Counted from the stretch's first letter, positions 17,927 through 28,600 are shown. The stretch: DNA of 32,550 nt from Verrucomicrobiales bacterium (GCA_031411295.1 JANOAV010000209.1:1-32550); one strand, 5' to 3'. Program-made: numbers and translations. Notes: generated from the sequence alone by a model not told the origin.

Positions 17927-19240
17927 ATGACCATTGCCCGGGGCCTATTTGGAGTTGTCGTGCTGCTGGCCATCGCCTGGGCTTGCTCAGACGCACGCCG
18001 CAAGGTGAACTGGCGCTTGATTGGCGGGGGCCTGCTGTTGCAGGCGCTGTTGGCGATGGCGTTTTTCCAATTCGGAAGCTACACCCAGGCGATCATTAAT
18101 CCCGTGGCAAAATTCTTTGCCGATGTCACGAGCTTCTCGGATGAAGGCGCCCGGATGCTGTTCGGCCCTTTCATTGATGATGCCCTGATGCAGAAACTCT
18201 TTGGGAATCAATCATTCGTCTTCGCCTTTCGGGTCCTGCCGACGATTATCTTCTTTTCCGCCCTAACCTCCGTGCTCTATTACCTGGGCATTCTCCAGCG
18301 GATTGTCTTTGCCTTCGCCTGGGTGATGAAGCGCCTGATGCACCTTTCCGGTGCCGAAAGCCTGGCCGCCGCAGGCGAGGTCTTTCTGGGCCAAACCGAG
18401 TCCGCATTGCTCATCAAGCCGTATTTGCCCAAAATGACCCGCTCGGAAATTCTGACCCTGATGATCGGTGGCATGGCCACGATTGCAGGCGGAGTCATGG
18501 CCGCTTACATCAGCATGTTGAGCGCAGGCGATCCCACCAAGAAGCTGGAAGTCGCCCGCAACCTGCTCTGCGCCAGCCTCATGAACGCTCCCGCCGCCAT
18601 TATCATTGCGAAATTGCTGCTGCCTGAGCGAGAGGCGATCAATGACAAATTGGAAGTTCCCAAGGAGAAAATGGGCTCGAATATTTTTGATGCCCTGGCC
18701 GCCGGAACGACCGAAGGGCTGCAACTGGCGATCAACGTGGGTGCCATGCTGATTGCATTCGTAGCCATGGTCTATCTGGTGAATTATTTCCTCGGTGGAG
18801 TCGGCCTGATGCCTATTGGAGGAGGGCAGAATTTGAATCAGGGCATCGCCACGTGGAGTGGTGGAGTCTTTACCGGCCTTTCCCTCCAAAGCATCCTGGG
18901 CACCCTCTTTGCCCCGTTTGCCTGGCTCATTGGGGTCAACGGAGGCAGTGATATCCTGCAGTCCGGTTCCATGCTGGGCACCAAAGTAGCGCTCAACGAA
19001 TTCATTGCTTACGATCAACTTGGCCAATTGAAAGGCTCCCTTGATGGCCGCACCGTCTTCCTCATGCAGTTTGCGCTGTGTGGCTTCGCCAACGTAAGCA
19101 GCATCGGCATTCAACTCGGTGGCATCAGCACGATTGCCCCCAGCCAGCGGCAAACGCTGGCCAAGCTGGGGCTGAAGGCCTTGCTGGGCGGGACGCTGGC
19201 CACGCTGCTGAGCGCGGCGGTGGCGGGATGTTTCTACTGA
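17927..19240 (+). CDS. nupC: Concentrative nucleoside transporter (CNT, NupC/NupG family)
   Basis: FAFRVLPTIIFFSAL, FLGQTES, GGMATIAG, NEFIAY and FALCGFAN.SSIGI motifs; starts 1 nt after the MDR stop. Confidence 0.92.
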   Translation: MTIARGLFGVVVLLAIAWACSDARRKVNWRLIGGGLLLQALLAMAFFQFGSYTQAIINPVAKFFADVTSFSDEGARMLFGPFIDDALMQKLFGNQSFVFAFRVLPTIIFFSALTSVLYYLGILQRIVFAFAWVMKRLMHLSGAESLAAAGEVFLGQTESALLIKPYLPKMTRSEILTLMIGGMATIAGGVMAAYISMLSAGDPTKKLEVARNLLCASLMNAPAAIIIAKLLLPEREAINDKLEVPKEKMGSNIFDALAAGTTEGLQLAINVGAMLIAFVAMVYLVNYFLGGVGLMPIGGGQNLNQGIATWSGGVFTGLSLQSILGTLFAPFAWLIGVNGGSDILQSGSMLGTKVALNEFIAYDQLGQLKGSLDGRTVFLMQFALCGFANVSSIGIQLGGISTIAPSQRQTLAKLGLKALLGGTLATLLSAAVAGCFY

Positions 19241-19307
19241 TGGAAAGGGGTTCTGTGAACGGATCGGACGGACCGAAGTCTAAGATTTTTGGCTGATTAA
19301 ACAGCGA

Positions 19308-19336
19308 TTTACAAAAATCGCCCAACCCCGTATAGT
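19308..19336 (+). promoter_or_regulatory. Sigma70-type promoter
   Basis: TTTACA, 17-nt spacer, TATAGT; ends 22 nt upstream of the ATG at 19359. Confidence 0.65.
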
Positions 19337-19358
19337 CACCACCCAGCCCACCTCTCCC

Positions 19359-21428
19359 ATGCGCCATTTTCTATCCATCGCCATTTTTCTTGCCAGTTGC
19401 TGCCTCGTGCTAAGCCCGCTCCAGGCGCAGCAGCTTGGAAAAAAAGCCACCCCCTCGGATGTGTATTTACGGGCCTATCTCACGATGGAGGACGGCATGA
19501 AATTGCTGCAAGGCGAGGACTACGCTGGTTCCTACTATAAATTGAAAGATGCGAAGGATTTGTTCGACTCCGTTTTCCACTCGGATCCCAACTGGAATCC
19601 GGAAATCGTGGATTATCGGCGCAAAAAAGTCGGGGAACTCATGGAGACCGCCCGGCAGCAGGAAATTCAGCGTCGCGCCCGGACCGCAGCGGCTCCTGGC
19701 ACCGTCAATCCCGTGGCTCCCGGCGCATTACCTCCCCCTGCCGCACTGCCCATGCCAGGTAAGGGAACGACCACCGAACCGCGGGCGGTGGATGCGGTGC
19801 TCCAGGCGAAAGTCAGCGATCTGCAAGACCGCATTCGCCAGATGGAAGCGAAGAGCGAAGCGCTCCAGCGGGAGATCGGCTCCAAGGACACCCAACTCCT
19901 GGATAGCCAGCATGAGCAACAACGGCTCAAAGAACGACTGGTAGCCGCCAGCGCTGAGCTTGATACCGCCAAGCTTGGTAAAAACATCGAGAAGGGAGCG
20001 ATGCAAAAAGAGATCGATCGACTGAAAAAGCAGCAAGAAAAGCTCACCGCTGATTTATCCCACGCCGCGGATCTGCTAAAAGATTCCAACGAGAAGAACG
20101 CCGCCCTGCTGGCTGAGGTCAAACAAGCCTACGCTGTCATCAGCAACCTCAATAAAGACAAGGCGAAGCTGACTGAGGAACGTGACCAACTCAACGAGCT
20201 GCTGGGCGGAGCGGACGGCAAATCCGAAAAAGTGCGCGCGCTGGCCAACGAGAATGCCCGTCTGAACAAAACCATGGCCGAGCTGCAAGCCCGCATGACC
20301 GCCATGCAGAAGGAACGTGAAGCAGAGCAAAAGGATGTGGCGGCCACGAAAGAGGAACTGGCGAAACAACGTGAGGCCGACCAAAAACTCATCGCAGACC
20401 TGCGCGGGCAGTTGGAGATGGCTCGCGGGGAACTGGCCAAAGTGAAACAGGAGAATCAAGAATATCAGAATCAAATGGCTGCCCTCAGTGCCCGGCTTGA
20501 CGCTACGGAACGAGTTCTGGCCGCCAGCGCCACCCCTGGTCTGACCGAGAGCGACGCGATCAAAGAGAATAATTTACTGCACGAAATCATCGTTAAAATG
20601 ATTAAGCAGCAAGCGGGCCGGGAGCGCGCTAAAAAGCAGGCGCTAGCCGAACTGGAGGAGACCGGGAAGATGTCGGAACAACTGGTGAGTTCGATTCAAT
20701 CCATGGCCGAACCGTATCAAATGACCCCGGCCGAACGCGCCTTGCTGCAAGCCACCGGAGCCACCAAATGGTCCGAGGATGGCACCGGCGTGCGCACGGA
20801 AATTATCTCTCCAGAGATTCTGGGCGGCAATCCGGCGGCCGCCCCCCCCACTCCGGCTGAGAACATTAACCCGGATGAACTCCGCGCCTACGCCACCGCC
20901 GCCCAGCGCTTATTCAGCAACTCACAGTATGATGAGGCTGAGGCGAACTACGAGAAGATCCTCCGAGCCGATCCGCTCAACCACGGAGCGCGCTGCAACA
21001 TGGCCGTGACGCAAATCAGCCAGGGAAAATTGGACGCTGCGATCCTGAATCTGAAAAAGGCGCTGGCTTACAATTTTGAAAATGATTTTCCGCACTACTT
21101 GCTAGGCACGGTTTACCTGCGGCAGAATAAGCTGGAGGAAGCCACGGAAGCCATCAGCACCGCCCTGAAAATTAAGGACAACAACGGCGGGGGCCACTTT
21201 GCCCTGGGCCTAATCCACACCAGGCAAAAACACTTCAGCGATGCGGAGCGCGAGTTCAAAAAGTCGGTGGAGTTCGATCCCGCCAATGGTGAGGCGCATT
21301 ATAATTTGGCCATCATCTATGCGACTTCCGACACTCCCAAAATGGATCTGGCCAAGAACCATTATCGCCAAGCCATTTCGCACGGGGTGAAGCGGGATTC
21401 GAATCTGGATAAGTTGTTGAATCGCTAG
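19359..21428 (+). CDS. Secreted coiled-coil protein with C-terminal TPR repeats
   Basis: Signal peptide, about 300 aa of heptads, then 4-5 TPRs (e.g. DPANGEAHYNLAIIY). Confidence 0.85.
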   Translation: MRHFLSIAIFLASCCLVLSPLQAQQLGKKATPSDVYLRAYLTMEDGMKLLQGEDYAGSYYKLKDAKDLFDSVFHSDPNWNPEIVDYRRKKVGELMETARQQEIQRRARTAAAPGTVNPVAPGALPPPAALPMPGKGTTTEPRAVDAVLQAKVSDLQDRIRQMEAKSEALQREIGSKDTQLLDSQHEQQRLKERLVAASAELDTAKLGKNIEKGAMQKEIDRLKKQQEKLTADLSHAADLLKDSNEKNAALLAEVKQAYAVISNLNKDKAKLTEERDQLNELLGGADGKSEKVRALANENARLNKTMAELQARMTAMQKEREAEQKDVAATKEELAKQREADQKLIADLRGQLEMARGELAKVKQENQEYQNQMAALSARLDATERVLAASATPGLTESDAIKENNLLHEIIVKMIKQQAGRERAKKQALAELEETGKMSEQLVSSIQSMAEPYQMTPAERALLQATGATKWSEDGTGVRTEIISPEILGGNPAAAPPTPAENINPDELRAYATAAQRLFSNSQYDEAEANYEKILRADPLNHGARCNMAVTQISQGKLDAAILNLKKALAYNFENDFPHYLLGTVYLRQNKLEEATEAISTALKIKDNNGGGHFALGLIHTRQKHFSDAEREFKKSVEFDPANGEAHYNLAIIYATSDTPKMDLAKNHYRQAISHGVKRDSNLDKLLNR

Positions 21429-21450
21429 GAGGGATTATTCCGCAGCACCC

Positions 21451-21540
21451 ACTGGGAGCGGCGTGCGTCCCGCCGCCGTTGGTAGCCCATTTGTCGTCTG
21501 CGGGTCTGATCTCGGCGGCTGGAAGCACAACGCACCCAGT
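21451..21540. repeat. REP-like inverted doublet between convergent genes
   Basis: ACTGGGAGCGGCGTGCGTCCCGCCGCCG versus the reverse complement of the right arm, ACTGGGTGCGTTGTGCTTCCAGCCGCCG. Confidence 0.65.
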
Positions 21541-21602
21541 ATATGGGCTGAACTGTCCAGCGGACTGCTCCGCATGCTGCTTGATCCTTGGTGGCGACCG
21601 CT

Positions 21603-23993
21603 TCACTCCTTGCCGCGCATCTTTTTCCACAACCAGCGAAGCCCGCCTTCGCGAGCGGGCGCGACTGGTTCCTGAGCGGCGGCTTCGGGGGCCGCGGCCT
21701 CCGCTTTTTTAGGTTTCTTCGGCTGATCGTCGTCATTTTCCGCCACCCGAGCCTTGCGGATTTTGTTACCATCCTTGTCCACGTCTTCTGGACCGTCCAT
21801 CGAATCCCCATGCTCTTTCTTGCTCCGGTAGATGGCGTTGAACACGTCCCCCACAATCGGGGCCACTTTCTTGCCACCTGAAATTTGATCCTCTCCCGGG
21901 TCGCCTTCATAGACGGCGGCAAAGGCATACTCGGGATTATCGGCCGGCAGATACCCTGCAAACCAGGCCATGTGCACCCAAGTTCCTTTGATCAGATACC
22001 ATTGGGCGGTTCCCGTTTTTCCGGCTACGGAAACATAATCATTTCTCGCCCCCTTGCCCGTGCCGTCGCTTTCGTTGACCACGGCCTTCATGCCCGAACG
22101 CACCAAGCGAAGGTTTGCGGCTTGGATGTCGAGTTCGGCTTTCTTTTCCGGCGGAAAGAATTCTATGATACTGCCATCCAATGCCTGAATCTGCTGGACC
22201 AACCGCGCCCGCGGCACACTATGCCCGCGCGCGATGGCCGCCATCATGGCGCAATCTTGAATCGGAGTGACCAAATTATCCCCTTGGCCAATGCAAATAT
22301 TCATGAGGTCCCCGGAACTCATGGTTCCCTTATACTTCGTCCGCCACCATTCCGGAGTCGGCACGCGGCCAGCGTATTCTGGAATGCACAACCCTGTTTT
22401 CTCTCCCAGACCAAACCGGGTGGCCATGGAGGTGACTTGGGCGGCTCCCGTAGCCAACGCGGCTTGGTAAAACCAAGTATTGCAGGAACGCTTGATGGCA
22501 CTCACGACATTCATGCTGCCTTCGCCACTCTTGCGGTTCCAGTTATGGAACAGTTTATCACCGACCTGCAGGCTGGGCGAGCACTCGTAGTAAGTGCCAC
22601 CGTCAACTTTTCCCGACTCCAAGGCTGCCAGCGCAGTCATCACTTTGAAGGTCGAAGCCGGCGGATAGGTGCCATTGTTGGCCCGGGCGAGCAGTGGCTT
22701 ATCGGGGTTGGCTAGCAGTTTTTTGTAATCAGCGTCCCTGACGCCGTAGGCAAACACATTGGGATCATAGTCGGGGTTCGAGGCCATGGCGATGACGTCA
22801 CCCGTCGCGACTTCCATGATCACGATGGCCCCGCGTTGCGTTCGTGCGCGCAGCACCCGTTCGGCAATTTTCTGGAATCCCAAATCCAACGAGGTTACCA
22901 CGGTCTGTCCGGGCTTCGGATGTTCCGTAATTTCCTCGGAAAGTTTCTCCCCCGTGGCGCTGAAGACCAAGTTGATCTTGCCCGGAGTGCCGCGCAACAC
23001 TTCGTCGAAGCGTTGCTCCAGGCCGCCTCGGCCTTCGCAGCCGGGCCAAATGGGATCGCCATTTTGGATGGGATTGGTGGTCATCCCACCAACCCGTCCC
23101 ATCTCCCCGAGCATGTGGCAGGCAGTCCGCCCATTGGGATAAAGTCGGTAGTAGCAGGGGACGATAACGATGCCTGCGGGAAGTTCCTTGCTGGCGTTTT
23201 CCTGGGCCTCTGCGGGCACCGGACGTTTGGCTAGTAAGGGCATCCAGCGGCGGTTCTTGTAGTGCTCCAGGATGGTCTCATCTGTGATCTCCCAACCATC
23301 AGGGGTGTGCTTCTGAATATAGGGAATCCGCTCCCGGGCATACCGGAGGACATCGTAGGTCGGCGTGTTGTTCTTTAAATTGAACTGAAGCCCCAGGAAA
23401 TACGCCATCTTATTTTGGGCCAGGGGTGCTCCGTTGCGATCAACGATTTGACCGCGGGGCGCAGGAATGGTCAGGAAGAGCGTGCGAGCGTTTTTATCAT
23501 TCCGGTCGGAGATGGGGATGGCGGATTTTTGCTCTTTGATGGGAGGAGTAACCGGTGGCAGGTTCAAATTGACGGAGGGAACGCCCTTCACTTTGCGGGC
23601 GGCTTCCTCTGGTTCGGGCGCTTTGGGCTTTTCCGCCTCCTCTTGCTTGGGCTTGGTTTCCGGCGGGGAGGTTGGTTTAACCGGAGCCGGCATGGGGGTG
23701 TCGCGCGGCACCGGAATGGGATCCGGCAGCAGTTCAGGCGCCACCGGCATGGGTTTGGATGAGTCCGGGAGGATCTTCGCTTTGGGGGGCTCTGGCTCGG
23801 TGGTCGGCGGAGCGGGCTGCGCTGGAGGCTTGGCTGGAGCAGGATCCGGTGGGTCCTCGGGAACGATTTTGGGCCTGGGGGCCACTTCGGTTTCGGAGAT
23901 GATCTTAGGGCGTGGGGCTACCTCCGTCTGACCCGGAAGGGATGTTCCCGGAGTCAGGCAAATGAAGCAAAGCAGAGGAATGATTCGTTTCAT
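21603..23993 (-). CDS. mrdA: Penicillin-binding protein 2 (class B PBP) with a Pro-rich N-terminal extension
   Basis: IPAPRGQIVDRNG, R.YP.G, GR.GLE, SxxK (PASTFK), SxN (SCN), IGQG and KTGT motifs. Confidence 0.9.
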   Translation of the reverse strand: MKRIIPLLCFICLTPGTSLPGQTEVAPRPKIISETEVAPRPKIVPEDPPDPAPAKPPAQPAPPTTEPEPPKAKILPDSSKPMPVAPELLPDPIPVPRDTPMPAPVKPTSPPETKPKQEEAEKPKAPEPEEAARKVKGVPSVNLNLPPVTPPIKEQKSAIPISDRNDKNARTLFLTIPAPRGQIVDRNGAPLAQNKMAYFLGLQFNLKNNTPTYDVLRYARERIPYIQKHTPDGWEITDETILEHYKNRRWMPLLAKRPVPAEAQENASKELPAGIVIVPCYYRLYPNGRTACHMLGEMGRVGGMTTNPIQNGDPIWPGCEGRGGLEQRFDEVLRGTPGKINLVFSATGEKLSEEITEHPKPGQTVVTSLDLGFQKIAERVLRARTQRGAIVIMEVATGDVIAMASNPDYDPNVFAYGVRDADYKKLLANPDKPLLARANNGTYPPASTFKVMTALAALESGKVDGGTYYECSPSLQVGDKLFHNWNRKSGEGSMNVVSAIKRSCNTWFYQAALATGAAQVTSMATRFGLGEKTGLCIPEYAGRVPTPEWWRTKYKGTMSSGDLMNICIGQGDNLVTPIQDCAMMAAIARGHSVPRARLVQQIQALDGSIIEFFPPEKKAELDIQAANLRLVRSGMKAVVNESDGTGKGARNDYVSVAGKTGTAQWYLIKGTWVHMAWFAGYLPADNPEYAFAAVYEGDPGEDQISGGKKVAPIVGDVFNAIYRSKKEHGDSMDGPEDVDKDGNKIRKARVAENDDDQPKKPKKAEAAAPEAAAQEPVAPAREGGLRWLWKKMRGKE

Positions 23994-23996
23994 AGG

Positions 23997-24437
23997 CTAG
24001 CGACGATTGAGCAGGAAGGCGAGCGAGAAGCAACCGGGGCCGCAGAGCAACAGCACGAGGTAATTCATACCGTAGAGCCACAGCCGTTCGGCTTCTGGTT
24101 GGAGGAAATTAAGGATTAAGCCCACGCCGACACACGCTAAAAGCAGGCCGGCACTCAACCGGGCCAGCACCCCGAAGAACAAACCAAGCGAGCAAAGCAC
24201 CAGGATGAGGATGGCGATGACGGCCAGGACTTGCGGGATGGGCAGATTGTGGCTGGCGAGATAATCCACCAAGGTCCAGGGTTGCTTTTTCCAAAAGAAA
24301 TTCCATCCAGCCAGCGATTGCTGCCAGCCATGGTAAAACCCCACCACGCAGGCCACGCCGATTCGCAAAATCAATAGCCCGACATCCCGAATAATGAGTC
24401 CGGGGGTGGCAGCGTTGGGGTTGCGGTAGAAGTCCAT
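23997..24437 (-). CDS. DoxX family membrane protein
   Basis: D.GLLILRIG...HG, LFFGVLARLSA and GPGCFSL; four TM segments; ends 3 nt before the mrdA start. Confidence 0.8.
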   Translation of the reverse strand: MDFYRNPNAATPGLIIRDVGLLILRIGVACVVGFYHGWQQSLAGWNFFWKKQPWTLVDYLASHNLPIPQVLAVIAILILVLCSLGLFFGVLARLSAGLLLACVGVGLILNFLQPEAERLWLYGMNYLVLLLCGPGCFSLAFLLNRR

Positions 24438-24571
24438 AGTAAAGCAAGGGGGAAAGTCGGAATACACTAAAGAATCCCGTTTCCTTTCACTTTCAACAAC
24501 CAAGATAGGACATTTACCAGTAGGCAAACAGCGAATCTTCGGATAAACATTCCTTTTTCCGAATTCTCGCC

Positions 24572-25438
24572 ATGCGTTTCCTTTCCTTTTCTCTTGCCCT
24601 ACTTGCCCTTTTGGCTGCGCTGTATTTTGTTCAAAAGCAACCAACGCCAGTGGAAGCCGTAGTCGCTGTCCAGCCCGCCGTGGTGCCGCCGCCAGTCAGC
24701 GCGACGCCTCCCCCGGAACCCGTAACCGATGCCCTCACCGACTTGGCAACGGCAGGCAATGAAGGCAACGCGCACGTCAAGGAGCCGGAAAAAGCGCCCG
24801 CCGTTGTGCCCGAACCAGATCCGCCGGCGGTAACAGAATACCAAGGCCGCACCGTGGCGCAAACGATGCACTGGAAAGGCGCTCCGTGGCTTCAACGGCA
24901 AACGCGGGAAGAAGAGGAAAATGGTGGACTAATGCGGGAGCAACTGGAAATCAAACCCGGGCAGACCGTGTGCGATCTTGGCAGCGGAGATGGTTACCAC
25001 ACGCTGTGGATGGCTTCCGTGGTGCAGGATACGGGCAAGGTCTATGCGGTGGACATTCAGCCGGAGATGCTGGAGATGCTCCAGAAGCGCGCGGCGGGTC
25101 GGGGCTTCACCAATATCATTTCCACGGTGGGGAAGATGTGGGATCCCATGCTGCCACCCGCCTCGCAGGATCTGATCCTGCTGGTGGACGTCTATCATGA
25201 ATTCTCCCATCCGGAACAGATGCTCAAAACCATGCGGAAGGCGCTCAAGCCAACGGGTCGGATGGTCTTGGTGGAGTTTCGCAGTGAGGATGAGAAGGTT
25301 CCCATCAAGCCGGAGCACAAGATGTCCAAGGCGCAGATCCTCAAAGAAATCCCCCCGCTCGGATTCAAGCTCGTCAAACAATTCGATGCCCTGCCCTGGC
25401 AGCACATGATGTTTTTTGGTCGGGACGATGCGCCTTAA
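24572..25438 (+). CDS. Class I SAM-dependent methyltransferase with an N-terminal signal/anchor
   Basis: VCDLGSGDG, YAVDIQPEML, VDVYHEFSHP and LPWQH motifs. Confidence 0.9.
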   Translation: MRFLSFSLALLALLAALYFVQKQPTPVEAVVAVQPAVVPPPVSATPPPEPVTDALTDLATAGNEGNAHVKEPEKAPAVVPEPDPPAVTEYQGRTVAQTMHWKGAPWLQRQTREEEENGGLMREQLEIKPGQTVCDLGSGDGYHTLWMASVVQDTGKVYAVDIQPEMLEMLQKRAAGRGFTNIISTVGKMWDPMLPPASQDLILLVDVYHEFSHPEQMLKTMRKALKPTGRMVLVEFRSEDEKVPIKPEHKMSKAQILKEIPPLGFKLVKQFDALPWQHMMFFGRDDAP

Positions 25439-25466
25439 ATCTGGACCGCAGACCGTCATGGGAAAA

Positions 25467-25489
25467 GTGGCCGCAGTCCGCTGGACTGC
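25467..25489 (+). repeat. GTGG-tagged REP copy (same family as 14679-14745)
   Basis: GTGGCCGCAGTCC-GCT-GGACTGC; 17-nt core identical to the inverted copy at 14723-14739. Confidence 0.65.
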
Positions 25490-25694
25490 CGCCTCCAGCC
25501 CCCGCAACGCCTGCGAGCGCTCCCTGCTTCTGGCCCAGTCGCCCCCCGCAGAGCACCGCAGGGCTTCCTTCTGGTGATCCACCGAGTCGCTACCGGGTTT
25601 CCTGAGTCTCTCCGTCGGAACTGGCGCCTGCAACCTCCGTAAAGCTTCCTTCGCCACGCGTTGCCCATCAACCCACGCCTGCCGGTCCCACCGC

Positions 25695-28600
25695 TCAGAC
25701 CCATTCCGCACACAGCAATTCCGCCTGCTGCAACACCGTCCGCACCGCTTCCTCCTGCAAGTCCGGTGGATACCCGTGCCGGTTCAGAATCCGCTTCACA
25801 ATCACCTTGATCTTCGCCCGCGCACTCTCGCGCAGCGTCCAGTCAATCGTCACACTCTTGCGCACCTGAGTGATCAACTCCGCCGCAATGAACTTCAGCT
25901 TGTCATCTCCCATCGCCAGCACCGCGCTTTCGTTGACGGCCAGCGCGTCATAGAACGCCACTTCATCATCTGTCAGGCCCAGATCCTCGCCTCGTTTTGT
26001 GGCCGCATCCAGGTCCTTGCCGAGTTTGATCAGCTCCTCAATCACGTGCATCGTGGAGATCGCCCGATTGTGATAAGCGTTGAGCGTCTTCTTCAGCTTC
26101 TCACTGAAGACTTGGCTCTGCACGAGATTGCGCTTGGAGCGGACTTTGAGTTCATCCTTCAGCAGCTTCTCCAGCAACTCCGCCGCCACATTCTTGTGCT
26201 TCAGCCCGCGCACTTCCGCCAGGAATTGTTCGGATAAAATTGAAATGTCCGGCTTCGGCAAACCCGCTGCCGTGAAGACATCGATCACTGCTCCCTCTGT
26301 CGTAATTGCCTTGCTCACAAGCTGGCGAATGGCTGCATCGATCTGCTCCGGCGTCTTCCGATTCGCGCTGCTTTGCTTATTCAGCGCTGCCTGCAGCGTC
26401 TGGAAGAAACTCACATCATCCCGAATCTCCGTCGCTTCATCCGTGGAAGCGCAGAGCGCAAACGCCCGGGACAACTCAGCCACCACTTGCAGCCAGCGCT
26501 TCTTGCCATCCTCCTGTTGTAAAATGTGCTCCTGCCCCGCCGGGATCAACGCCAGCCGTTCCGTCGGTTTCCCCGTCGTCCATTTCTCCCAATTGAAGCC
26601 ATGCATGATATCGCACGCCACTCCGTGTTTCTCCAGCATGACCGCTATGGCCTGAGCTGTGTCGAACGTCGGATCGCCCTTGCCGCCGCTTTCCGTGTAA
26701 GTCACCAGCGCCTTCTTCAGTTGATCCGCCAGCCCCAGATAATCCACCACCAAGCCACCGGGCTTATCCCGGAAGACGCGATTCACCCGCGCGATGGCCT
26801 GCATCAGCCCGTGGCCTTGCATTGGCTTGTCCGCATACATCGTGTGCAGACACGGGGCATCGAAACCCGTCAGCCACATATCCCGCACGATCACGATGCG
26901 AAATGGATCCTTGCTGTCCTTGAAGCGATTCGCCAGCTTCCGCCGCTTGTCCTTGCTCCGGATGTGCGGCTGCCATTCCGGCCCGTCGTCCGCACTGCCG
27001 GTCATCACCACTTTGACAATCGTAGCTCGACTTTCCAAAGTCGAGTCGGGGTCCGCCGCGTTCTCGACTTTGGAAAGTCGAGCTACGGTTTCGTCGTCAT
27101 CCCCCGTCCCCGCCCATTCGGGGCGCAGCTTCACCAGGGCGTTGTAGAGATCCACGCAGATCCTCCGACTCATGCAGACCACCATCGCCTTGCCTTCCAT
27201 TGCCTCCACTCGCTTCTCGAAATGGTTCACCAAGTCCGCCGCTATCATCGCAATGCGTTTCGGATCACCCACCAGCGCCTCCAGCGCGGCCCACTTCGTT
27301 TTCAGCTTCTCCTTCTTCGTCAGCTCCTCGCCTTCTGTGATCTCCTCGAACTCCGCGTCTATCTGCGGCATCTCTGCGGCATTCAGACTCAGCTTGGAAA
27401 TGCGGCTTTCGTAATAAATTGGCACCGTGGCTTTATCCGCCACCGCTCGTTGAATGTCGTAGATGGAAATGTAATCGCCAAAGACCGCCCGCGTGTTTGC
27501 ATCCGTCTTCTCGATGGGCGTGCCGGTGAACCCGATGAACGACGCATTCGGCAAGGCATCGCGCAGGTTGCTGGCGAAGCCGTAGGACATCTCGCCCGTC
27601 TGGGGATTCACCTTGCCGCCGAATCCATACTGGCTGCGGTGCGCTTCATCCGCGATGACCACAATGTTCTGCCGCGCGCTCAGCTCGGGCATGTTCCCTG
27701 CCCCTCGTAGCCTTGGCGAAGTAGGGTCGCCCTTTTCCGGCATGAATTTGTGAATGGTGGTAAACACCACGCCGCCGCTGGCCCGATTCAATAGTTCCCG
27801 CAAATGCCCCCGATCCGCTGCCTGCACTGGAGTCTGTCCCAGAATGTCCGCGCAGCGTTGGAACTGCCCGAACAACTGGTCATCCAGATCATTGCGATCC
27901 GTCAGCACCACCAGCGTGGGATTCTGCATCACCGGATGCCGCACCACGCGGGCCGCATAGAACAGCATCGAGAAACTTTTTCCACTCCCCTGCGTGTGCC
28001 ACACCACTCCTGCCCGCCGATCCCCCGGCTTCCCTCCGTGCATTTTCCCGGACCAGTGGCGCCCCGGCGTTTCCTCTCCAAAAACATTCGGCTGCATCCC
28101 GCTGGCGCGCACCGTTTCCTCGACCGCCGCATTCACCGCGTGGAACTGATGGTAGCCCGCAATGATCTTGTGCAGCGCGCCCGAGTCCGGGTCTTCCTCG
28201 AAAACGATGAAGTGTTGCAGCAGGTCGAGGAAGCGTTGCCGGTCGAACACGCCGCGGGCCAGCGTTTCCAGTTCCAGCGCCGTTTTGGGCGCGTCGCCCT
28301 CCCCGTCAATCGTGCGCCAGACCTTGAACCATTCTTGATTGGCCGTCACGGAACCGATCCGGGCATACATTCCATCGCTCACAACCAGGACCGCGTTATA
28401 GTTCAGCAGCGAGGTGATCTCCGCCTTGTAAGTCTGGAGTTGCCAGTAAGCCGCCCAAATGTCCGCGTCCTCATCCGCCGCGTTCTTCAGCTCAATGAGT
28501 CCCAGCGGCAGACCGTTGAGGAAGACCACAATGTCCGGTCGGCGGTTGTGCTGTCCTTCGATCACCGTGAACTGGTTCACGACTAGCCAATCATTGGAAC

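Noticed and set aside
25439..25694. att site or tRNA fragment at the RM island boundary
   Set aside because: No tRNA-like sequence, direct repeat or integrase found; only one REP copy.
26526..28586. Long plus-strand ORFs (394 aa and 260 aa) opposite hsdR
   Set aside because: Antisense shadows without recognisable features.
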